Part shown: piece by piece, positions 27,407-39,649 of the stretch | Position numbering within the stretch: position 1 is the first letter of the stretch | Layout of the letters: every line of letters starts with the position of its first letter | From: the human T2T-CHM13v2.0 reference genome, Homo sapiens | Strand: one strand, 5' to 3' | Assembly (NCBI RefSeq): GCF_009914755.1 | Contig: NC_060934.1 | DNA: 64,000 bases | The notes under the pieces: generated by a model | The model's input: only the letters and a program-made list of their open reading frames with translations | The model's database searches: none | Told to the model about the DNA's origin: nothing | Position numbers and translations under genes: made by a program

Positions 27407-30400
27407 ATTTCTGAAAAACTTCTTTGTGATGTGTGCACTCATCTCACAGAATTGAACCTTTATTTTGATTCAGCTGTTTGGTAGCAGTCTATCTGTAGAA
27501 TCTGCAAAGGGATATTTGAGATGCCTTTGAGGCCAACGGTGAAAAATGGAATATCTTCACATAAAAACTAGACAGAAGTTTTCCTGAGGAACTTATTTTT
27601 GATGTTTGCATTCATATGATACAGTTGAACCTTTCTTTTGATTGAGCAGTCTGGAAACAGTCTTTCTGCAATACAGCAAAGGGATATTCCTGAGTAGTTT
27701 GATGTCTATGGTGAAAAAGGAAATATCTTCACATAAAAACTAGACAGAAGCTTTCTGAGAAACTTCTTTGTGATGTTTGAATTCAACACAGAGATTTGAA
27801 CCTTTCCTTTCATTCACCAGTTTGGAAACAGCCTTTTTATAGAATCTGCAAAGGGATATTTGGGATCCATTTGAGACCTATGGTGAAAAATGGAATATCT
27901 TCACATAAAAACTAGACAGAGTCTTTCTGAGAAACTTCCTTGTGGTGTGTGCATTCACCTCACAGAGTGGCAACTTTCTTTTGATTGAGCAGTTTGGAAA
28001 CACTCTTTTTCTAGAATCTGCAAATGGATATTTCTGAGCCTTTTGAGGCATATTGTGAAAAGGGAAATATCTTCACAGAAAAACTAAAGAGAAGCTTTCT
28101 GAGAAACTTCTTTGTGATATGTGCATTCAACTCACAGAGTTGAACCTTTCTTTTGATTGAGCAGCTTGGAAAGAGTCTTTTTGTAGAATCCACAAAGTGA
28201 TATTTGGGAGCCTTTGGAGGCCTATTGTGAAAAAGAAAATATCTTCACATAAAAACTGGATAGAAGCTTTTATAGAAACTTCTTTGTGGTGTGTGCATTC
28301 ATCTCACAGAGTTGAACCTTTCTTTAGATTGAGCATTTTGAAAACAGTCTTTTTCTGGAATCTGCAAAGGTATATGTCTGAGTGGTTTGAGCCCCATGGT
28401 GAAAAAGGAAATATCTTCACATAAAAACTAGACAGAAAGTTTCTGAGAAACGCCTTTTGATGTTTGCATTCAACTCCCAGAGTTGAACATTTCTTTTGAT
28501 TGAGCAGTTTGGAAACAGTCTTTTTCTAGAATCTGTAGTGGGATATTTGGGACCCTTTAAGGCCTATGGTGAAAAAGGAAATATCATCACATAAAAACTA
28601 GATGGACGCCTTCTGAGAAACTTCTTTGTGATATGCGCATTGAACTCACGGAGATGAACTTTTCTTTTGATTGAGCAGTTTGGAAATAATCTTTTTGTAG
28701 AATCTGAAAAGGGACATTTGGGATCCCTTTGAGGCCTAAGGTGAAAAAGTGTATAACTTCACATAAAAACTAGACAGAAGGTTTCTGAGAAACTTCTTTG
28801 TGATGTGGGCATTCATCTCACAGAGTTGAACCTTCCTTTTGATTGAGAAATTTGGAAACAGTCTTTTTGTAGGATCTGCAAAGGGATATTTCTGAGCGGT
28901 TTGAGGCGTATGGTGTAAAAGGAAATACCTCCGTATAAAAACTAGACTGTAACATTCTAAGAAACTTGTTTATGATGTGTGCCTTCATCTCACAGAGTTG
29001 AACATTTCTATTGATTGAGCAGTTTTGAAACAGTTTTTTTGTAGAATCTATGAAGGGATATTTGGGATCCCTTTAAGGCATAGGGTGAAAAAGGGGACAT
29101 CTTCACATTAAGACTAGACAGAAGCATTCTGAGAAGCTTATTTTTGATGTGTGGATTCAACTCAAGGAATTGAACTTTTCTTTCAATTGAGCAGTTTGGA
29201 AACAGTCTTTTTGTAGAATCTTCAGAGGGATATTTGGGATCACTTTGAGGCCTATGTTCAAAAAGGAAATATCTTCACATAAAGATGAGACAGAAGGTTT
29301 CTCAGAAAATCCTTTGTGATGAGTGCATTCATCTCACAGAGTTGAACATTTCTTTAGATTGAGCAGTTTGGAAACAATCATTTTGTAGAATATGCAAAGG
29401 GATATTTCTGAGCAGTTGGAGGTATATGGTGAAAAAGGAAATATCTTCCTCTAAATACTAAACAGAAACATTCTGTGAAACTTCATTGTGATGTGTGCAT
29501 TCATCTGAAAGAGTTGAAGCTTTCTTTGGATTGAGCAGTTTGGAAATTGAAGCAGCCTTTTTCTAGAATCTGCAAAGTGATATTTCTGAGCAGTTTGAGG
29601 ACTATGGTGAGCAAGGAAATATCTTCACATAAAAACTTGACAGAAGCTTTCTGAGAAACTTCTTTGTGATGCCTGCATTCATCTCACAGAGTTGAATCTA
29701 CCTTTTGATTGGGAAGTTTGGAAACAGTATTTTTCTAGAATCTGCAAAGTGATATTTAGGAACCCTCTAAGTACTAGAATGAAAAAGGGAATATCTTCAC
29801 ATAAAAAAATAGGCAGAATCTTTCTGAGAAACTTCTTTCTGATGTGTGCATTCAACTCACAGACTTGAACTTTCCTTTTAATTGAGAAGTTTGGAAACAG
29901 TCTTTTTGTAGAATCTGTAAAGGGATATTTGGGAGCCCTCTGTGGCCTATGGTGAAAAAGGAAATATGTTCACATAAAAACTAGACAGAAGCTTTCAGAG
30001 AAACTTCTCTCTTATGTGAGCATTCATCTCACAGTGTTGAATCTTTCTTTTGGTGCAGCAGTTTGGAAACAGTCCTTTTGTAGAATTTGCAAAGGAATAT
30101 TTGTGATCCCTTTGAGGCCCATGGTGAAAAAGGAAATATGTTCACATAAAAACTAGACAGAAGCTTTCAGAGAAACTTCTCTCTTATGTGTGCATTCATC
30201 TCAGTGTTGAACCTTTCTTTTGATTGAGCTGTTTGGAAACAGTCATTTTGTGGAATCTGCAAAGGGATATTTCTGAGCGTTTTGAGGCCTATGGTGAAAA
30301 AGGAAATATCTTCACATAAAAACTAGACAGAAGATTTCTGAGAAACTTCTTTGTGCTGTGTGCATTTATCTCACAGAGTTGAACCTTTCTTTTTATTGAG

Positions 30401-33400
30401 CAGCATGGAAACAGTCGTTTTCTAGGATCTGTAAAGGGATATTTCTGAGCATTTTGAGGCCTATGGTGAAAAAGGAACTATCTTCACATTAAAATTAGAG
30501 AGAAGCTTTCTGAGAAACTTCTTCATGATGTGTGCATTCAAATCACTGAGTTGAACCTTTCTTTTGATTGAACAATTTGGAAACAGTCTTTTTGTAGAAT
30601 CTGCAAGGGATATTTGGGAGACATATCAGGCTTATTGTGAAAAAGGAAATATCTTCACATAAAAACTGTACTGAAGCCATCTCAGAAAATTCTTGTGTGC
30701 ATTCATCTCAGAGAGTTGAATCTTTCTTTATTGAGCCCTTTGGAAGCAGTCTTTTTGTAGAATTTGTGAAAGGATATTTGGGATCCCTTTTAGGCCTATG
30801 GTGAAAAAGGAAATATCCTCCCATATAAACTAGACGGAAGCTTTCTGAGAAACTTCTTTGTGATGTGTGCATTCATCTCACAGAGTTGAACATTTCTTTT
30901 GATTGAGCAGTTTGGAAACAGTCGTTTTGTACAATCTGCAAAGGGATATTTGTGAGCCCATTGAGGCCTATGGGGAAATAGGAAATATCTTCAAATAAAA
31001 GTTAGAAACTTTCTGTGAAACTTCTTTGTGATGTGTGCATTCATCCCAAATAGATGAAACTTTCTTTTGATTGAGCAGGTTGCCAGCAGTCTTTTTCTAA
31101 AATCTGCAAAGGGATATTTCTGAGTGGTTTGAGGCCTATCGTGATGAAGGAAATATCTTCACATAAAAACTAGACAGAAGCTTTCTGAGATACTTCTTTT
31201 TGATGTGTGCATTCAACCCACAGAGTTGAACTTTTCTTTTGATTCAGTAGTTTGGAAACAGTCTTTAGGTAGAATCTTCAAAGTGCCACTTGTGATCCTT
31301 TTGAGGCCTATGGTGAAAAAGGAAATATGTTCATATAATTACTACACTGAATCTTTATGAAAAACTTCTTTGTGATGTGTACATTCAACTCACAGATTTG
31401 AAACTTTCTTTTGATTGAGCAGTTCGGAAACCGTCGTTTTTTAGAATCTGCGAAGGGATATTTCTGACCAGCTTCAGGCCTATGGAGAACACGGCAATAT
31501 CTTCATATAAAAACTAGACAGAAGCTTCCTAAGAAACATCTTTGTGATGTGTGCATTCATCTCACAGAGCAGAACCTTTCTTTTGATTGTGCAGTTTGGA
31601 GACAGTCTTTTTCTAGAATAGGCAAAGGGATATTTCTGAGCATTTTGAGGCCTATGGTGAAAAAGTAAGTATCTTCTGATAAAAACCAGACAGAATATTT
31701 GTGAGAAACTTCTTTATGATGTGTGCATTCCTCTCACAGAGTTGAGCCTTTCCTTTGATTGAGCAGTTTGTAAACAGTCTTTTTGTAGAATCTGCAAAGG
31801 GATATTTGGGAGCCCTTTGAGGTCTATGGTGAAAAGGTAAATATCTTCACATAAAAACTAGACAGAAACTTTCTCAGAAAATTCTTTTTGGCCTTTGCAT
31901 TCATCTCACAGGGTTGAAACTTTCTTTTGATTGAGCAGTTTGGAAACAGTCTTTTTGTAGAATCTGCAAAGAGATATTTCTGAGCGGTTTGAGTCCTATG
32001 GTGAAAAAGTTATTATCTTCACATAAAAACTAGACAGAAGCTTTCTGAGAAACTTCTTTGTGATGGGTGCATTCATCTCACAGATTTGAAACTTTCCTTT
32101 GATTGGGCAGTTTGGAAACTGTCTTTTTATAGAATCTGCAAAGGGATATTTCTGAACAGTTTGAGGCCTATGGTGAAATACAGAATATCTTCATATAACA
32201 ACTAGACAGAAACTTTCTGAAAAACTTCTTTGTGATATGCGCATTCAACTAACAGAGTTGAACTTTCTTTTCATTGAGCAGTTTGGAAACATGTTTTTGT
32301 GGAATCTGCAAAGGGATATTTGGGATCCCTTTGAAGCCTACGGTGTAAAAGGAAATATCTTCACATAAAAAATAGACAGAAGCTTTCTGAGAAACTTCTT
32401 TGTGATGTGCACATTCATGTCACAGAATTAAACCTTTCTTTTGATTGAGCAGTTTGGAAACTGTCTTTTTGTAGAATATGCATAAGGATATTTCTGAGCG
32501 ATTTGTGTCCTATGGTGGAAAAGGAAATATTTTCACATAAAAACTAGACAGAAGCTTTCTGAGAAATTTCTTTATGATGTTTATATTCATTTCACAGAGT
32601 TGAAACTTTCTTTTGATTGAGCAGTTTGGAAGCAGTCTTTTTGTAAAATCTGAAAAGGGATGTTTTGTATCCCTCTGAGGCCTATGGTGGAAAAGGGAAT
32701 ATCTTCCAATAAATACTAGACAGGAGCTTTCTGAGAAACTTCTTTGTAATGTGTGCATTCAACTGACAGAGGTGAACCTTCCTTTGATTGAGCCCTTTGG
32801 AAAGAATCTTTTTGTAGTATCTGCAAAGGGATATTTGGGATCCCCTTGAGGGTTACAGTGAAAAAGAGTATATCTTCACATAAAAACTAGACAGAAGCTT
32901 TCTGAGAAACTTCTTTATTATGTATGTATTCATCTCACAATGTTCAACTTTTCTTTTGAGTAAGCAGTTTAGAAACAGTCTTTTTGTACAATCTGCAAAG
33001 TGATATTTCTGAGCGGTTTGAGACCTATTGTGAAAAAGGAAATATCTTCTTATAAAAACTAGAAAGAAGGTTTCTGAGAAACTTCTTTATGATGTGTGAT
33101 TCCTCTCACATTGTTGAACGTTTCCTTTGATTGAGCAGTTTGGAAACAGTCTTTTTGTAGAATCTGCAAAGGGATATTTGGGAGCCCTTTGAGACCTAAG
33201 GTGAAAAAGGGAATATCTTCACATAAAAACTAGACAGAAGTTCTCTGAGAAACTTGTTTGTTTCGTGTGCATGCAACTCACAGAGTTGAACCCTTCTTCT
33301 GATTGAGCAGTTACGAAACCGTCTTTTTGTACAATCTGCAAAAGGGATATTTCAGAGCCCTTTGAGGCCTATGGTGAGAAAGGCAATATCTTCACATAAA

Positions 33401-36400
33401 AACTAGACGGAAGCTTTCTGAGAAACATCCTTGTGATGAGTGCATTCATCTCACTGAGTTGAACCTTTCTTTTGATTGAGCAGTTTGGAAATAGTCTTCT
33501 TGTAGCATCTGCAAAGGATTATTTGGGATCCCTTGAGGCCTATGGTGAAAAAGGGAATGCATTCACATAAAAACTAGACAGAAGCTTCTGAGAAGCTTCT
33601 TTTTGATGTGTGCATTCATCTCACATTGTTGAAACTTTCTTTTGATTGAAAAGTTTGGAAGCAGTCTTTTGCTAGAATATGCAAAGGGATATTTGGGAAC
33701 CCTTTGAGGCCAATGGTGAAAAGGGAAATATCCTCACATAAAAACTAGACAGAAACTTACCAAGAAATTTTTTTTTGATGTTTGCATTCATCTCGCAAGG
33801 TTGAACATTTCTTTTGATTGAGCAGTTTGGAAACAGTCTTTTTGTAGAATCCGCAAAAGGATATTTCTGAATGGTTTGAGGCCTATGGTGAAAAAGGAAT
33901 TATCTTCACATAAAAACCAAATAGAAGCTTTCTGAGACACTTCTTTGTGATATGTGCATTCATCTCACAGAATGGAACCTTTCCTTTGATTGAGCAGTTT
34001 GGGATCCGTGTTTTTCTACAATCTGCAAAGAGATGTTTCTGAGCGATTTGAGGTCTATGTTGAAGAGGGAAATATTTTCACATAAAAACTAGAAGAAAGT
34101 TTTCTGAGAAACTTCTTGTTATGTGTGCATTCATCTCACAGTGTTGAACGTTTTTTTTTCATTGTGCAGTTTGGAAACAGTCTTTTTTATGCATTTGCAA
34201 AGGGCTATTTCTGTGCGGTTTGAGTCCTGTGGTGAAAAAGGAAATATCTTCATGTAAAAACTAGAAAGAAGATTTCTGAAAAACTTCTTTATGATGTGTG
34301 CATTCATCTCACAGACTTGAACCTTTCTTTTGATTGAGGAGTTTGGAAACAGTCTTTTTGTAGTATCTGCAAAGGGTTATTTAGGAACCCCTTCAGGCCT
34401 ACAGTGGAAAAGGAAATATCTTAACATAAAAATTAGACAGAAGCTTTCTCAGGAAATTCTTTGTGATGTGTGCATTCATCTCACAGAGTTGAACCTTCCT
34501 TTGATTGAGGAGTTTGGAAAGCGTCTTTTTGAGAATCTTCAAAGGGATATTTTTGAGCGGTTTGGGGCGTACGGTGAAAAAGTAAATATTTTCACATAAA
34601 AACTCTGCAGAAGCTTCCTGAGGAACTTCTTTGTGATGTGTTCATTCATCTCACAGAGTGGACCCTTTCTTTTGATTGAGTAGTTTGGAAACAGTCTTTT
34701 TGTAGAATCTGCAAAGGGATATTTGAGGGTGCTTTGAGGCCTATGGTGAAAAAGAAATATCTTCATATGAAATCTAGACAGAAGGTTTCTGAGAAACTTA
34801 ATTGTGATTCGTGCATTCATCACACAGAGTGGAACCTTTCCTTTGATTAAGAATTTTGGAAACACTCTTTTTGTCAAATCTGGAAAGGGATATTTTGGAG
34901 CCCTTTTAGGCAAACAGTGAGAAAGGAAATATCTTCACAAAAAAGCTAGACAGAAGCTTTCTGAGAAACTTCTTTGTGATGAGTTAATTCATATCACAGA
35001 GTTGAAACTTTCTTTTGATTGACAGGTTTGGAAACTGTCTTTTTCTAGAATCTGCAAAGGGATATTTCTCAGCAGTTTGAGACCTATGGTGAAAAAGGAA
35101 ATATCTTCATATAAAAACGAGACAGAAGCTTTCTGAGAAACTTCTTTGCATTGTGTGCATTCAACTCACACTGTTGAACCTTTCTTTTGATTGAGCAGTT
35201 TGGAAACAGTATTTTTGTAGAATCCACAAAGGGATATTTGGGATCCCTTTAGGTCTATGGTGAATACCAGAATATCTTCACATAAAAACTAGATGGAAGT
35301 GTTCTGAGAAATTTCCTTGTGCTGTGTGCATTCATCTCACAGTGTTGATCCTGTCTTTTCATTGTGCAGTTTGGAAACATTCCTTTTCAAGCATCTGCAA
35401 AGAGATATTTCTGAGCGGGTTGAAGCCTGTGGTGAAAAAGGAAATATCTTCACATGAAAACTAGACAGAAGCTTTCTTAGAAATTTCTTTGTGTTGTGTG
35501 CTTTCGTCTCATAGAGGTGAAAAACTTCCTTTTGATTGAGAATTTTGCATACAGTCTTTTTGGAGAATATGCAAAGGGATATTTCTGAGTGATTTGAGGC
35601 CCATGGTGGAAAAGGAAATATCTTCACATAAAAACTAGATGGAAGCTTTCTCAGAAAATTGTTTGTGAAGTGTGCATTCAACCCATAGATATGAACCTTT
35701 CTTTTGATTGAGCAGTTTGGAAAGAATCGTTTTGTAGGAACTGCAAATGGATATTTGGGATCCCTCTGAGGGCTATGGTGAAAAAGGGAATATCTTCAGG
35801 TAAAAACTAGGCAGAAGTATTCTGAGAAACTTCTTTGTGATGTGTGCATTCATCTTACAGTGTTGAACCTTTCTATTGATTGAGCAGTTTGGAAACATTC
35901 TTTTTGTACAATCTGCAATGGGCTATTTCTGAGTGGTTTGAGGACTATGGTTAACAGGAAAATATTTTCACATAAAAACAAGATGGAAGTTTTCTAAGAA
36001 ACTTCTTAGTGATGGTTGCATTCATCTCACAGTGTTGAACCTTTGTTTTCATTGTGCAGTTTGGAAAGAGTCTTTTTCTAGCATCTGCAAAGCGATATTT
36101 CTGAGCCGTTTGAGGCCTAATGTGAAAAAGTGAATATCTTCACATAAAAACTAGACAGAAGCTTTCTGAGAAACTTCTTCGTGCTGTTTGCATTCAACTC
36201 ACACAGTTGATAATTCCTTTTGATTGAGCAGTTTTGAAACAGTCTTTTTATAGAATCTGCAAACGGATATTTGAGATCCCTTTGAGGCTCATGGTGAAAA
36301 AGGGCATTTCTTCACATAAAAATTAGACAGTTTTCTGAGAAAATTCTTTGTGATGTGTGCATTCTTTTCACAGAGTTGAACCTTTTTTTGATTGAGCAGT

Positions 36401-39400
36401 TTGGAAACAGGCTTTCTGTAGAATCTGCAAAGGGATAGGAACTCTTTGAGGCCTAAGGTGAAAAAGGAAATATTATCACATAAAAACTAGACAGAAGATT
36501 TCTCGGAAAATTCTTTGAGATGCATGCATTCATTTCACAGAGTTGAATCTTTCTTTTGATTGAGCAGTTTGGAAAAAGTCTTTTTGGAGAAACTGCGAAG
36601 GGATATTTCTGAGTGCTTTGAGACCTATGGTGAAAAAGGAAATATCTTCACATAAAAACTAGACAGAAGATTTCTGAGCAACTTGTTTGAGATGAGTACA
36701 TTCATCTCACAGATTTGAAATTTCCTTTGATTAAGCAGTTTTGAAACAGTCTTCTTTTAGAGTCTGCAAAGGGATATATGTGAGCCGTTTGAGGCCTATG
36801 GTGAAAAAGGAAATATCTTCACATAAAAACTAGGCAGAAGATTTCTGAGAAACTTCTTTGTGATATGTACATTCAACTCTCAGAGTTGAACATTTCTATT
36901 GAATGAGCAGTTTGGAAACCATCTTTTTATAGAATCTGCAAATGGATACTTCAGAGCCCTTTGAGGCCTATGGTAAAAAAAGAAATATCTTCACATAAAA
37001 ACTAGACAGAAACTTTCTCAGAAAATTCTTTGTGATGTGTGGATTCATCTCACAGAGTTGAAACTTTGTTTTGATTGAGCAGTTTGGAAACAGTCTTTTT
37101 GTAGAATCTGCAAACGTATATTTGGGATGCCTTTGAGGCCTACTGTGTAAAGGAATATTTTCACATACAAACTAGAAAGAAGCTTTCTGAGAAACCCCTT
37201 CGTGATGTGTGAATTCAACTCACAGAGCGAAATTTTCTCATGATTGACCAGTTAGGAAACAGTATTTTTTTTAGAATCTGCAAAGGGATATTTGGGAGCC
37301 CTTTGAGGCCTATGGTAAGAAAGGAAATATGTTCACATAAAAACAAGACAGAAGATTTCTGAGAAACTTCTTTGTGATGATTGCATTCATCTCACAGAGT
37401 AGAACCTTTCTTTTGATTGAGCAGTTTGGAAACAGTCTTTTTGTGGAACTTGAAAAGAGATGTTTGGGAGCCCTTTGAGGCCTACAGTGAAAAAGGAAAT
37501 ATCTTCATAAAAAAACTAGACAGAAAGTTTCTGAGAAACTTCTTTATGATGTGTGCATTCAACTCACTATGTTGAACCTTTCTTTTGTTTGAGGAGTTTG
37601 GAAACAGTCTTCTTGTAGAATCTGCAAAGGGATATTTGGGAACTCTTTGATGCCTATGGTGAAAAAGGAAATATCATCACTTAAAAACTAGACAGAAGAT
37701 TTCTCAGAAAATTCTTTGTGATGTGTGCATTCATCTCACAGAGTTAATCCTTTCTTTTGATTGAGCAGTTTGGAAAAATCTTTTTGTAGAATCTACAAAG
37801 GGATATTTCTGAGTATTTTGAGGTATACGGTGAAAAAGGAAATATCTTCACATAAAAACTAGAGAGAAGTTTTCAGAGAATCTTGTTTGACATGTGTGCA
37901 TTCAGCTCACAGAGTTGAAATTTCCTTTGATTGAGCAGTTTGGAAACAGTCTTTTTCTAGAATATGCAGAAGGTTATTTCTGAGCTTTTTGATGCCTATG
38001 GTGATAAAGGACATATCTTCACATAAAAACCAGACAGAGGCTTTCTGAGAATTGTCTTCATGCTGTGTGCTTTCACCTCCTGGGGTAGAACATTTCTTTT
38101 GAATGAGCAGTTTGGATACAGTCTTTTTATAGAATATGCAAACGGATATTTCGGAGCCCTATGAGGCTGTAGTGAAAAAGGAAATACCTTCACATAAAAA
38201 TTAGACAGAAGTTTTCTCATAAAATTCTTTGTGATGTGTGTATTCATCTCACACAGCTGAACCTTTCTTTTGATTGAGCAATTTGGAAACAGTCTTTTTG
38301 TAGTATCTGCAAGTGGATATTTGGAGCACTTTGAGGCCTATAGTGGAAAAGGAAATATCTTCACATAAAAACTAGACAGAAGCATTCTGAGAAACTTCTG
38401 TGATTTGTGCATTCATCTCACAGAGTTGAACCTTTCTTTTGATTGAACAGTTTGGAAACAGTCTTTTTGCAGAATCTGCAAAGTGATATTTGGGATCCCT
38501 TTGAGGCCTCTGATGAAAAACGGAATACCTTCACATAACAACTGGACAGAATCACTCTGAGAAACCTCTTTGTGATACGTGCATTCAACTAACAGAGTTG
38601 AACCTTTCTTTTGATTGAGAAGTTAGGAAAGTGTGTTTTTCTAGAATCTGCAAAGGGATATTTGGGAGCCCTTTGAGGCCTATGGTGAGAAAGGAAATAA
38701 CTTCCCATGAAAACTAGATAGAAGCTTTCTGAGAAATATCTTTGTGATGAGGACATTCACCTAACAAAGTTGAAACTTCCTTTTGATTGAGCAGTTTAGA
38801 AACAGTCTTTTTGTAGAAACTACAAACGGATATTTGGAGTGCTTTGAGGCATATGGTGAAAAAGGAAATATCTTCACATAAAAACTAGACAGAAGCTCTC
38901 TGAGAAATTTCTTTGCAATGTGTGCATTCAACTCAGAAAGTTTAACCTTTCTTTTGATTGAGCAGTTAGGAAACCGTCTTTTTATACACTCTGCAAAGGG
39001 ATATTTGGGATCCCTTTGACGTCTATTGTGAAAAAGGGAATATATTCAAATAAAAACTATACTGAAACTTTCTGAGAAACTTCTTTTTGATGTCTGCAAT
39101 TATCTCACAGAGTTGAAACGTTCTTTTGATTGAGAAATTTGGAAATATTCTTTTTCTGGAATCTACAAAGTGATATTACTGAGTGGTTTGAGGCCTATGG
39201 TGAAGAAGGCAGTATCAACATATAAAAACTATACAGAAGATTTGTGAGAAACTTCTTTATGATGTGTGCATTAATCACACAAAGTTGAACCTTTCTTTTT
39301 TGAGCAGTTTGGAAACAGTCTTTTTTTAGAATTTGCAAAGTGGTATGTGGGATCCCTTTGAGGTCTATGGTGAAAAGGGAATATGTTCACATAAAAACTG

Positions 39401-39649
39401 GACAGAAGCTTTCAGAGAAACTACTTTGTGATGTGTGCATTCAACTCACAGAGTTTAAAATTTCCTTTGATTGAGCAGTTTGGCAACAGTCCTTTTGTAG
39501 AATCTGCAAAGGGATATTTGGGAGACATTTGAGGACTACTGTGAAAAAGGAAATATCTTCACATAAAAACTAGACAGAAGATTTCTGAGAAACTTCTTTG
39601 TGATATCCGCATTCATCTCACAGAGTTGAATCTTTCTTTTGATAGAGCA
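27372..39649 (+). repeat. Monomeric alpha satellite, family X, opposite orientation (~72 monomers)
   Basis: CAGAAGCTTTCTGAGAAAC, GGAAACAGTCTTTTTG, CTGCAAAGGGATATTTCTGAGCGG / TTTGGGATCCC. Right boundary approximate. Confidence 0.95.

Noticed and set aside
24900-29850. Recent mirror duplication or read fold-back artefact at junction 1
   Set aside because: The arms differ at about 15% of sites, and indels (24923 deletion, ~29547 insertion) are not mirrored.
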